The notes: generated from the sequence alone by a model not told the origin. A stretch of 31,582 bases of DNA from Asterionella formosa (GCA_002256025.1 NKIB01010367.1:62001-93582); one strand, 5' to 3'. Shown: positions 20,741 through 31,582, counted from the stretch's first letter. Translations and numbers: made by a program.

Positions 20741-23496
20741 ATTTCCCGATTCTGTTATGTCCAGCACAGCATGTTCGGAGTGATGCCAAATTTATCTTTA
20801 TGATTTTATTTTCATTCTATCCTGTTCATATCTTGACATTGTCATCATTTTGAATTTTCAATGTCTTTGCGGACATTGCAATGGTGTTATCTGTGCAACT
20901 ACGAATATATGAAAGAATAAATCCCCATCTGAGTCTTACAATATGAATCTGTTCAAATTCATCTGATCTTTGAGTGAATTCAAAGGAATCTTCGATTAAT
21001 TTCATAAGTTTCTTCATCTTCTTTTCCGAAAACATGAAGTCGTGTTGTGTAAACAACGGAAGTAAGTCATGTTTCTTGTTTGACTGATCCTTTCCACGAC
21101 GAAATCCATTAAATGCCATTTGGAAAGTTTTTGTCAAAGGGCCAGAAGACTATGATGTAAAACAGTGGAGGGGAAATCCGGAGCCTTTGTGGCGCTTGAG
21201 ATGTTGCAACTGGTGTGATTGTAACTGAGTGTAATAATTGTTGAACAGGAGCACAGTTTAGTATGTTGCGCTAGCGACATGAGCTATAGTGTTCACACAA
21301 TATATATAACAAGGAACAACGACACAACAATGCACGTAATGACTGGCTGTGGACAGTGATATGGATTGATGCATATCATATTTTCGTTATGCATATGTCA
21401 ACGCATCTGCATACTTAGATTCTATTCGCAATATGATACTATCATGTCAAAGTTTTGCCTTGACTGTATGCATTTAAAGTTGAACAAATATATAAACATA
21501 TATATTTTATGATCAATCAATCTTTTTTCCATGATGTATTGATAACACTTGTGTACACATTTTATCGTATTTTATTAGCATTGTATTATTATAACATCAT
21601 CATGTTTTGATTAGGAATAAATGATAAACATTTTAATAAATCTTCATAGTTTTATGATCAATGTATCATAGCTATGTGATAGACATTATTCAATATCACG
21701 TATAATATTTTGGTGATGAATGTATTGACATAACCTCATTGTAATATCATATTATTACATTATCAATCATTCAATGTTGATTGATTGGGAACCACTGTAT
21801 ACTGCATTGTACTACGGAGTATAGTATAACACTGTAAGTCACTGCTGTACATACAGTATTATACTACCTGTAATGTACACAAGTCGACAGTGTACATACG
21901 CACACACAAAGGTTTGAGGCAACGGACAGTTCGAACGAGTGAATGACCATATGATTACCAATTTTTCCAGCGGCAAACCACAATGATGAAAGACACTCGT
22001 CCCTCTATTGATGATGACACAGACAACGAACAAGTAGAATGTGTTTGTTTACGAGCTGATTGGCGAGATTGTAATGCAGGTGGTCGACGAAACGGATTTA
22101 CTATGTGCGCTGTGTGCTGAACCATTCCGAGTTCGAATGATTTCTTCTCTGTCAACTCTTAATTGAATGATTATGAACATAGGTGCACTGCACAGGATGA
22201 TTACTAAAAGATATAATGATCACTTGACCAACAATTGAAGATGCTTTTGCAAACAATCATTCCACTCATAATTTCTATTATTTCGTTGTTGTTGCAAAAA
22301 TCGGCATGAGGACTGATGAAGATGATGAGCCATAGTATATTACTTAAACTGGTATATTATCCTACCAAGAAATTTAAATACAGGAACCTAATAGAAACAA
22401 GACATATAATAATAAAATATACACAGTCAAAAGGGTTACTATTTAAATTACGAGGACCTTTATCAAAATTATGAGATGATATAACGAAAAATTGTGATCA
22501 GATGATCATAATCATAGGATTATGATGGTTTTTATATGCAGACGCTCCTGTGATCACAACACAGTAAAGCTAGCATAGTGACAAATACAACTTCACCATA
22601 AATATTATATTATCACAAAACTTCCGGAATCGTGATCCTTGTCCTCCATTTGTCTTTATTGCTACGTATTTTTCTTGCACAACCTCACAGGTTGATTGTA
22701 GTGTTTAGGCGGTCTCCCAGAGCTGAGGGAATTGTCCACAGTGTCCTGGTTGTGACAAACAACCTGAGTAGTAACTTTCCAACAGTAAGTGACAACAAGA
22801 AGCAAGAGGACCGGATATTGAAACACACAACTTCGTCCACCAGAATCTCAGTCATGTTTTCCTTTTGCTTACCTCCTCTTTCTTGCTGAAGCATCTTTAA
22901 AGATAATATGAGAATGGGTTCTTGGTTTGCAAGAAAACTGGTGCAATGAAAGTCTAATAACCACCTTTCAAGACAAGGAATCAATCAGCAACGATTTCAA
23001 GCAACGCTACAATCAAGTGAGCAGCAGGGACAGGGAAAACAACAAACGGGTAGTTCAATGGACAGGCGTAATGATGGAGGTGAGAAAAATTGCGATTCAC
23101 AGATGGATTTGTGTTTGGAGATCAATTTTTTGAAATTCCACTGCATGCAAGTCACCTAGCAAATGGCCTACGGATCCGTCAGATCGTCAAAATGCCTCAT
23201 AATATATGATTTTATCTAATGATTAATTTCTATTATTTGTTATCATTATATCTGTTCATAAGTTCACCAAAGCAAGCAAAAGCACTTTCATTGCTGATCA
23301 GCTGGTTGATTTAACATAGCTCAAATGGTTTTCTTGTGCTATGTTGTGTTTGAGGGGTATCTCAATGGCCGGTTTTTGCAAAATAAGAAAAGAGTAACAT
23401 AAAGTACAATAGGCATTTGTTGCAAGGCTCTACTAAAACTTCGTTGAACCTCGAAAACGATTTTTTATCTATAGGAAAAACAGCCTAAGTTGCATG

Positions 23497-23670
23497 TGAT
23501 CGCTGACTGCTAGCTTCCACTTGCTGACAGCTGACTTAAAGAACAGTTTGACCATAAACTACTAATGGCTGAACGATTATGCAAACAATAATTTAAGAAA
23601 AACAGAGTGGTGCAAAATTCAGGGGTTTGGGGGGGGGTGTACGCCTACCTTTTTTTGCATGTGAATTTAT
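23497..23670 (-). repeat. Inverted partial copy of the 11040-12502 element (its ~11094-11273 segment)
   Basis: The reverse complement shares ATTCACATGC.AAAAAA, TTAAAT.ATTGTTTGCATAA and GTTTATGGTCAAACTGT.CTTTAAGTCAGC.GTCAGCAAGT.GAAG.TAGCAGTCAG. Confidence 0.9.
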
Positions 23671-23976
23671 GCATAACAAGAAAACGAGCAACCTGCGCGC
23701 GATGTGCGATGATTACTGGACCTTTCTCCAGTTGAAGAAAGAATGACGCAAGGCAGAACAGAACCAGACAACAAGAAAATGATGTTTGTCTGCGTCGATT
23801 TGTTGACAAACAGAGAGATCACAGACAATGGGACAAAAATACACTTGATTGTGAACGTCATTCAAAATCGAAATGAGGCAAAACAGATTTCATGCATCCT
23901 CATGATGATATGTCTACTACCAGTGCCCGGTATATTGTCAATTGACTCCATACTGTCTGTCTAATTCTTGATCACC

Positions 23977-24901
23977 ATGAAATTTGTCATCGCCGTCGTT
24001 CTCCTTTTGACTCCTATTGCCTCGGCATTTATCCCTGCTGCTGCTTACATCAGAAAGTCGTCTCTCTTAGTTGGAAAGGATCCCAATGTTTTCCTTGGAG
24101 GAAACCCTTGGAAGCCTGACTCGGAAAAGAACAAGATGGGTGTAAGTTACGATACTGTCACGATCTCAACGACGGTCCGGAGTTGCATTATACTTTTGAC
24201 GTTAAAACGACATGATCTAACACGCGCAAATGTTTCTGCAGTCTACTGATACTCCTGACTTTTTCCCTGAAGACTACGAAAATGATATTGAATTCACCTC
24301 TGGTATTTTGGGATCGCAGTCGATGAGAGGTGGCGGAACGACTGTCCAACTCCCTGGAATGGAGAATTTAGGAGCGGACGCTATCATGATGGGAGGTATC
24401 GATGTAAATACAGAGATTCCTGCTGGCATGACGTTCGTGCCTTCAAGTGTGCCCGATGGTACTTTGGAATTCAAGGTTGCAGGCAGTGGAAGTGGTACGT
24501 ACTGAATGGATGGCAGTGTCACCATGCCCGCGTGTCAAGGAATCGCATTTTTTTCATTTACACCCATTTTGTATGGTGTAGAGTATACATAGTGCGTTCA
24601 ATTATTCGTCATTTATAAACACTCACTCTCGTGCATTTCAGGAACTGAAATTGTTCTTTCCGTGAAACCCGTTTGCATGACCTTCGAGGATTACTATGCT
24701 GCCTTCACCTCTGATTCCCACAGATCTCTCTCCGTCAAGCCTGTTACAGGACGTATGGACCGTAGAGGAGGAGAAACGACCGAATTGACCATCAGATGCG
24801 ACCCTTTGGGACAAGCTGGTACTTTTACTGGAGATTTGGTCATTAACTTGCCAGAGGACAATAGCAAAATTTGCTACAAGATTACTGCCATTTCGTATTG
24901 A
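23977..24901 (+). CDS. Plastid-targeted protein of unknown function (225 aa, 3 exons) with a beta-rich C-terminal domain
   Basis: Exons 23977-24141, 24242-24494 and 24642-24901. Introns GTAAGT...TGCAG (100 bp) and GTACGT...TTTCAG (147 bp) keep the frame. MKFVIAVVLLLTPIASA-FIP is a canonical ASAFAP presequence. The C-terminus contains KPVCMTFEDYYAAF...GRMDRRGGE...GDLVINLPED. Confidence 0.9.
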
Positions 24902-25373
24902 GAATGGACTTGTGGGTTTTGGATCTCTGGGATGGAGGAGCGATTAAGCTTAGGGTGAATGCTATGATTACCAAAATGCAGAAAATATATTCGATATGTA
25001 GATGACTTCACTATCATTAGTACGTATACTCGTGTGTATTTTATAGAGTGCACTGAATCTAGCCGTATTGAAGCAGTGAAGGAAGCAGCTTCTTGAGTAG
25101 TTTCCTAGATACAATGACATCGAGATGTGCTGTTAGTATACTGCGAAATAATGTTATTCTTTATCAAAAAGGCAAAGCACTGAAGTCAAAAATAAGAGAA
25201 GAAAAAACCAAATGCTGGTAGAGTAATACCAGAATCAGAATACATAGCTTTTTGCAAGATGTGAGAATCATGAGTTCTGACAATTGAGCAATGGTTTATT
25301 GTCACACACAGAATCTGTAGGTACTCATACTCATCGGCACAACCAAGATGAAATGAATACTACTGGGATGATA

Positions 25374-25456
25374 TTGCATGAATGCTGGCCTTTATGTTCA
25401 GGGACAGCGTTCCTTTTGCATGAATGCTGGCCTTTATGTTCAGGGACAGCGTTCCT
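25374..25456. repeat. Perfect 41-bp tandem duplication (period 42)
   Basis: TTGCATGAATGCTGGCCTTTATGTTCAGGGACAGCGTTCCT at 25374-25414 and 25416-25456. Confidence 0.97.
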
Positions 25457-27175
25457 ACAATTGCTTCCAGTGCAAAAAATGCAAACAACAACCCGAAATG
25501 GAAATATCTATCCAGGAAATCAGTCCTAAACAAGTTCAGAGGTTATAAAGAGAGTAAAAGAGTTTAATGAGTGAGCTTTAAAAAATATATTTAAGTTCTA
25601 TATTATGCTATTGTTAAAGAACTCAACAATTGTGGAGGTTGTAAAGTTGCAATGGTGTGGCCATTGACCTTGCTACGTTTCTGCATTATTAAAAGCTTGT
25701 GGGTATAGTTGACAGTTAGCATTTGCTATATTGGATTTGCAAAGCAAAAAACAGCAAGGCTATTTACATTGGCAGAGAGGCGGGGGGTCATCTATTGTCG
25801 GTGCAAGTTTGTCTGGGATGCAGTGGCAACTTAAGTTTGAGTAGGTATCTTACACTGCATATGTTTCCCTCGACTGAATCTACAAGACAAATGATCAGGA
25901 TATGAGTGTTGCATTCATCTGCAAATAGAAAACATCTTATTCATGTTATGTATCTTATAAATACAATCATATGATCATGTAACTTCAATATGATATCATC
26001 TAAGATGTATAATAATTATTGTCATAAAGAATATTTGAAACATAAATATATAGATATATGTATTTATGTAATGTTTACCATCAAACTACAACAATCAGCA
26101 ATCGCTCAATTAATTGACATTCATTACAAGTCTGTAATCGAAGTCCAAGACACATCAATGGATGTAAGTCTTCATCTTCTTTACAAGGTCTTCAATTGCC
26201 TCTGGAACATGTTGATAGCACTGCTGCTGTAGTGCTGGATTGAATCGGCTAGAGTCAATGGCATGAAATGGTAAGCCAACATGTACTGATGAACTCGAAA
26301 AGAAAAATGTTATTCCTCTGATAGACATAATTTAACAATTTCCCTTGCCCCCTTCATTTCTTCTTCAGTGACAGGCTTCGCTCGCGTAGTATGCCCCTTT
26401 AGCACAGGCAGCACACATATGTGCAACTTCCTGCCTCTCTGCAAGCAATTTCTGCATGAGGAAACTACGGAGTAAACATGATGACCTCAAGGCAAATAAC
26501 TCCAAGCTTGGTACCAGCCCATGTGCTCATCATTCCTTTGTTTTCTTTCAACATGTGAGTACACAGGAGCCGAAAAGTACTCAATTTGGAAAGCTGAATT
26601 GGAGGCAAAAAATTTGATGTCCCAGAAGTTTGTTTGTTTGACCGCGGAACTTCTGACCCCAATTTGGTGCTAAATCGAGGCGAATCTTCCCCAATTGGTA
26701 GCAATTAATACCAATTTGGAGCCAACTTGGTATCAAGCATTTCCAACTTAGCTCACTAGGGGTTCAAATGCAGCAACCTTAGAAAAAAACGCATTTTTTT
26801 TAAAGTTTTGGTATTCCATGGAGGTATCTTCGGTATCATGTCCAAGTTCGTCTCGCATGTATGTGCATTTTATACGAAAAGTACGTGTTTGATTAGTCTG
26901 AATCAATTTTTTTAAACCTTCCTCGAGCTAGGGGTTCAAAGGTAGCTATCGGAGCTTGCGCCTCATGATCGGCCAAGCCGCAAAGTTTGGTTGGAACTAG
27001 AGCCTCTATAGTTAACAGAGGTAGTACGGGGTAGGTAGTCTCGTCTGATTGCTTTCCATTTTTCCACCCCGAGCAGACAGAATTGTCAACCAAAATCTCA
27101 GCAGCAAAGAAAGTGACGAATTCCCGGTTCATTGTCACCGTGACCTTCTTGTTATCATCAATCAATAGTTTTGCC

Positions 27176-28195
27176 ATGGGTAATTCCCAGCCAACGAATA
27201 AAACAGGCCGAAAGGTTGTTCTACAGGTAAGATACATTGCTTCATCAGGCAACACTGCGCCCTAGTTCCGATTTCTCACTCCAATATCCAGAAACTGGAG
27301 AATGCGAAAAAGACTGGCATTTTGTCCCTGAGCGAGCATAGTCTCGAGATTATACCCGATCAGGTTTACGAGTAAGTTCATCCCAGGTATTCAATCGGGG
27401 CAAAGAACATGGCAGTACTTCGAAAATGATCTTTTCAATGTCTGATACTCCTCTCGCTTTCCGGTGCGCAGGATCCAAACTTTAAAATCACTCGATATTT
27501 CAAAAAATAATCTAAAATCTCTGGGGAAATTATCTACTCTGACCAACCTGAAAACAATTCACTGCGAAGACAATAAACTTTGTGCTGGAACCTTGGTGCC
27601 AGTATCCACATTAAAAAATCTCCAAAACTTGTATTGTGGAGGCAACCGGCTTGGGCGAAAATCAGAAATGGAAGCTGGAAACCCCACCAAGGTGGATCCT
27701 CTCCCTATTTTGCCGGTTAGTCTGAAGCTATTAATTTGCGATCGAAACTCGTTAGGCACTGTCCCTCGGTCCATTGTCAGCAATGTATTAATAAAGCTTG
27801 AAAAGCTCGATCTCTCGGACAACCTATTGGCGGCCATCCCCGAAGACATTTCCAATTTGAAAGCTCTGAATGAGTTAAATCTCAACAATAACATAATTGT
27901 GTCACTTCCAGAAAGCATTGGTCAACTATCAAAATTAAAATCGCTCTCGTTAAAGGGAAACAAGATATCTGTTCACAGTACCACCTTCTCGGTCACCAAT
28001 CCGCAACCGCTTCCCGCCTCGCTCTTTTCGCAGACTCCATTGATTGATTTGAATTTGCACGGAAATCCCATGACGTCAACACAGCTGAATCAGATGGAGG
28101 GCTTTTCTGTGTTTTTGGAACGACGCGAAAAGGTCAAAACAAAGGATTTGTATGGAGGTGCCATGACGAGTTATGATGTATGTGGACTTGAATGA
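27176..28195 (+). CDS. LRRC57-like leucine-rich-repeat protein, probably N-myristoylated (284 aa, 3 exons)
   Basis: Exons 27176-27226, 27292-27371 and 27472-28195, with GT-AG introns of 65 and 100 bp. The spliced N-terminus MGNSQPTNKTGRKVVLQKLENAKKTGILSLSEHSL recalls LRRC57 (MGNS...AxKTG..xL). The C-terminal LNLHGNP...LNQMEGFSVFLER also fits. Confidence 0.88.
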
Positions 28196-28247
28196 ATGAA
28201 AATATTTTATAATATCTAATTAGGTGAGCTACTTAAAGCTCTCTAGG

Positions 28248-28622
28248 CTAGCATCTCCCACCATTTTGGATAGGACTACATACACCTTCTCCGTAGTCCG
28301 TGAGAGACGGAACAATCACACCAACCACAAGCAGAGCCAAAATGACGACAATCAAGGATCCTGCAACAATTTTGGATATCAACGGGTCCGTATTTGTCTC
28401 CAAAGCCTTGTCAAGGTCGTATTCGTCTTCATTATCGGGGATCCCAAGCTGTTGCCGGCGTTTGCTGGATATTATCTTCCTCTTCTCCGCTGCCTTGCGC
28501 TCACTCCTGGAGTATTGATTGCTCAACGCATGTCGACTTGTGTGGCAAAGGGGCAAAAAACCAAGTGTCACTAGGGGTGACAAAAGTACCCAAAGAGTAA
28601 ACAGAGACTTCCTCATAGGCAT
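28248..28622 (-). CDS. Small single-TM protein, probably plastid-targeted (122-124 aa)
   Basis: Signal-like LFTLWVLLSPLVTLG-FLP, a basic transit-like segment, acidic DNEDEYDLD, TM KIVAGSLIVVILALLVVGVIVP and a C-terminal CxPxxxGGRC. Start at 28622 or 28616. Confidence 0.78.
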   Translation of the reverse strand: MPMRKSLFTLWVLLSPLVTLGFLPLCHTSRHALSNQYSRSERKAAEKRKIISSKRRQQLGIPDNEDEYDLDKALETNTDPLISKIVAGSLIVVILALLVVGVIVPSLTDYGEGVCSPIQNGGRC

Positions 28623-28794
28623 TGTGGTTAGCTAAGTGCGTGTCAATTTGTGAATTTGTGTTGGGTTTCGTCGACGGATGTATGGAGGGATGAAGGGGAG
28701 GTCCGATGGCAAAATCCAAGAGCAATACCCGCTACATACGTATTGGCCAACCAGACGTGTGTCGTCCTAATGATCTCATCAATCCTCATACCCG

Positions 28795-28875
28795 GACCAG
28801 GTACCTGGTACCTGGTACTAGATGTAACAGGGTACATGGTACCTGGTACCTTGTACGAGGTACCAGTACCAGGTA
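28795..28875. repeat. Cluster of concatenated TACCWGGTA-type words in a divergent promoter region
   Basis: TACCTGGTA at 28802, 28809 and 28840, TACCAGTA at 28861, TACCAGGTA at 28867. Another TACCTGGTA at 29150. Confidence 0.85.
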
Positions 28876-29555
28876 ACATGAGACGATAAATAGTATGCGT
28901 ACCTGCGTACGGTATCTAGACAACGCACGACGTAAAAATAATTGTCCGCGCCATAGTTTGCTTCTTCATTGGTTTTCGTTCTGCTACCTGGTTACTCACT
29001 TTTCTACTTACGGAATACCGCTGTACAGACATAGCAAATATGCATTGCTTTCGCGTTGCTGCCTCTTGCGCGATCACCATCGGGCAGCAGCCGAAAATTG
29101 ACCTGGTATCATTGCTTCATACTCCATCATGCAGTGGTGGTACTCCAGGTACCTGGTACCTGTACCCTGTTACTGCTGCGATTCACGCCACCATTTCCAG
29201 TTTGCTTTCTTTACATTGTAAAAGTCGTATGATACACCATCCCAAACTTAATTCACACGGCATTTCAGTTATGGATACCACCCTGAGTCGATCACCTCTT
29301 CGACTAACGGTACTGTATACGGTATACGAATCCCTTTAAATCAGTTAACTCCTCTAGTGTATAGCCACAGTCTTGTAGATTTGTGAAGAAGAAATGGTGA
29401 GCAGAAGGGAACATTCCATGTTAGCATGTCAGTCCCATCATATGCATCCTCACACACCCCATCACTCCCTACCGGTAACCGGTATGCCCACAATAACCGA
29501 CTCAACGCATGAATAATAAAAGTCATCAGGATCGAACCAACATCAATTATCAAAA

Positions 29556-29969
29556 ATGGAAGAAGAAGAAATTAATTACGTATTTTCTTTATTCGACCCA
29601 GATTCCCAGAACCGCATTTCCGTCCAGGACGTGCGGGCAGCCATCCAGGGTGTGGGAGGAAGCAAGGGAATGGACTTGTTGGAACGTTTGCCTCACGATG
29701 GGACCTTGAGCATGGACGAGTTCCAAGCCATAGTATCACAGAAAGAGAAGATTGGAGACATGCAGCGCATCTTTTCACTCTTCGATGCCGATCAAAAGGG
29801 TTACATATCATTGGAGGACTTGCAGCGAATTGCTGACGACTTGGGAGAATCTATGACAGATGAAGAGCTTCAGGATATGCTGGACCGGGCAGATCCAGAT
29901 CAAGATGGACGAGTCACTGCGGAAGATTTTTCGAAACTCATGACCAAGAAACTATTTACTCGAGAGTAG
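29556..29969 (+). CDS. Centrin/caltractin-like EF-hand protein (137 aa)
   Basis: The C-lobe FSLFDADQKGYISLEDLQRIADDLGESMTDEELQDMLDRADPDQDGRV matches the centrin pattern L.RVA.ELGE.MTDEELQEM. The N-lobe is shortened and degenerate. Confidence 0.88.
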   Translation: MEEEEINYVFSLFDPDSQNRISVQDVRAAIQGVGGSKGMDLLERLPHDGTLSMDEFQAIVSQKEKIGDMQRIFSLFDADQKGYISLEDLQRIADDLGESMTDEELQDMLDRADPDQDGRVTAEDFSKLMTKKLFTRE

Positions 29970-30078
29970 GGTAGATTGACGATTGTTAAATCCGGTTTCG
30001 ATACGCTTGGCCCTTTGTAGCACTGCAAACGAGCTAAAATTGAGAAAGATTAGCACAGATCGTTCTATTATTCCTTCT

Positions 30079-30793
30079 CTATCGACTGGCGCTAAGTACA
30101 TTTGGGTATTGGTTTACCAACTCAATGACGAAACTTGACGGCGCATGTGCAAATATTGTGCCTGGATACACTGCTGAACCCCACTTGGGATGAGTCAAAA
30201 TCTTGCAGAAGCCAGCATTGTACGATTTGTAGTTCAACAGGCATTCCATACCATCGACTTCGGAGTAGACCTTGTTGCAATCCGCGGTCAACATCGGCAA
30301 ACCGGAACATGGATCAATGAAATCGGCCCAGTAGCCCTTTTCTCGAATTTTCATGCATAATTCTCGTCCAAAGGCGATAAACTGTAAAGAAATTGTATAG
30401 TGTCCATAGACTAGTTTGTTAGTTCGGAACGCTGTTTATCCATGTGCATGACAACGATAAAAGTGACGCCCATCAAACTGACAACGATTTAGAAATGATT
30501 TATGAACCACTCACCACATTCAACAGCCGATCCTTCTCTGCTTCTATGTGTTCTCCAATTGCAACTAAATCATCTTTTGCATGCTGATTCGTTGGGAGTG
30601 CCAAAATATCCAAGCCATCATCGGCCAACACGCCATCTGTCGTGAGGTACTTGTCGGCAAAGACGTGACGAAACTCACGAAGTAGCGGCTTGGGTAATGT
30701 ATGGACCGAACATTCAAGGCCATCGACTGAATCACTTCTCTGGCACAAGACTCGAGGAGCTAGCAGAATTGAGGAGTTGGGGGACGTTGCCAT
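30079..30793 (-). CDS. MMADHC: Cobalamin trafficking protein CblD (MMADHC family), 193 aa, 2 exons
   Basis: Exons 30793-30515 and 30381-30079, with a 133-bp intron GTGAGT...TTTACAG. Motifs EAEKDRLLNVFIAFGRELCMKIREKGYWADFIDPCSGLP and GFCKILTHPKWGSAVYPGTIFAHAP match the MMADHC C-terminal domain. Confidence 0.92.
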
Positions 30794-31582
30794 GTTCAAG
30801 ACAGTCAAAATAGCTAACACCGGTAGCTAGACCCTCTCTGATGTGGTGAAGGATTTTGTTGAGCTTCTTTTTACGGTATAATTACCGGTATATAATTATG
30901 TATTTACCTGGTAATAAACCATAGTTGGTAGATGCTACGTATCTGTAGCTCTCACGCAGTAAAATTTGCTAGAAAAAATGTTTCTACACAATTTGTTTGT
31001 TTTACTTTGTTTGCTAATAATTGTTTTTATAAAAGAGTGAGCTTAATGTAAATGTAAATTTGAATGTATGATTTTGAAACTTCCAAGCTCATGCATGTTT
31101 CAAAATAGAGGTGATCTTCGGAGGCGAGGTTCATTTGTGTTCCCAACTTGAACTGAGAATAAACTACATCCTCTTCCTAAATACACATTTGTCTTAATCT
31201 TGGCCTGTCTCAACTTAGGTCAGATGCTGTTTGATCGAAGACTGCTTACAGAATGATCCTGTTAATCATAACTAGATCATATCTAGTTTGCTTCTTTAAT
31301 GTTCCTTGATGTTGCGGACATATCTGTAATTGTCTAGTCAATCATTTATTGATTTGGCTTCTAGGTCTGATCGTCTTCTAGAGTCCAATTAACAGGTTAG
31401 AGAGAACTTCTCCTGAAAGTTCCTCTCTCAACTGTGGCATTTTACACGCGATATTTAACCATTTGATCTTGAATCAATCATCTAGTGGATTGTGGTACAT
31501 GTTCCTAATCAGGTCACTAGAGGCGAAATATATTGACACTCATAACCTGATCAGGAATCAGGAATCTCTATGTGTTTCAACT

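Noticed and set aside
22632..23133. Overlapping 68-99-aa ORFs
   Set aside because: No start context, splice support or recognisable domain. Probably TE debris.
27559..27918. Antisense ORFs inside real genes (also 18379-18818, 24274-24525, 28224-28600 and 29572-29811)
   Set aside because: They are shadow frames of well-supported genes and show no motifs.
28643..29339. Short ORFs with PGT/VPG/WYL repeats
   Set aside because: They are translations of the TACCWGGTA word clusters in a divergent promoter region, not credible proteins.
30042..30056. GAGAAAGATTAGCAC resembling the U6 snRNA core
   Set aside because: The match is short and imperfect, no other U6 sequence is present, and it lies in a 109-bp gap between convergent genes.
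31000..31582. Coding-like texture at the right edge
   Set aside because: No ORF in the track and stops in the frames examined. No motif could be identified.

Overview
Eukaryotic nuclear DNA, very probably from a diatom. The basis is short GT-AG introns of 65-147 bp, 'ASA-F' bipartite plastid presequences, a diatom-style LRR family and diatom-type transposases. Ten host genes can be read: a partial membrane protein running off the left edge, a plastid DUF2214 protein, a type II membrane LRR protein, a DTW-domain protein, a 415-aa membrane-anchored unknown, a 3-exon plastid protein, an LRRC57-like protein, a small plastid membrane protein, a centrin-like EF-hand protein and MMADHC/CblD. Between them lie decayed transposons: two PIF/Harbinger remnants, a pogo-like DDE remnant, a Gypsy integrase tail and non-autonomous TIR elements. 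The most interesting signal is a family of short palindromic words (TA-CCGG-TA, TA-CCWGG-TA, TA-CCATGG-TA and others) piled up upstream of genes. Comparing two paralogous repeat copies shows these words arise as insertions that duplicate a TA. The window also contains TA-flanked elements ending CC(A)GG...CC(T)GG that could leave exactly these excision footprints. All counts and alignments were done by eye and no database searches were run.
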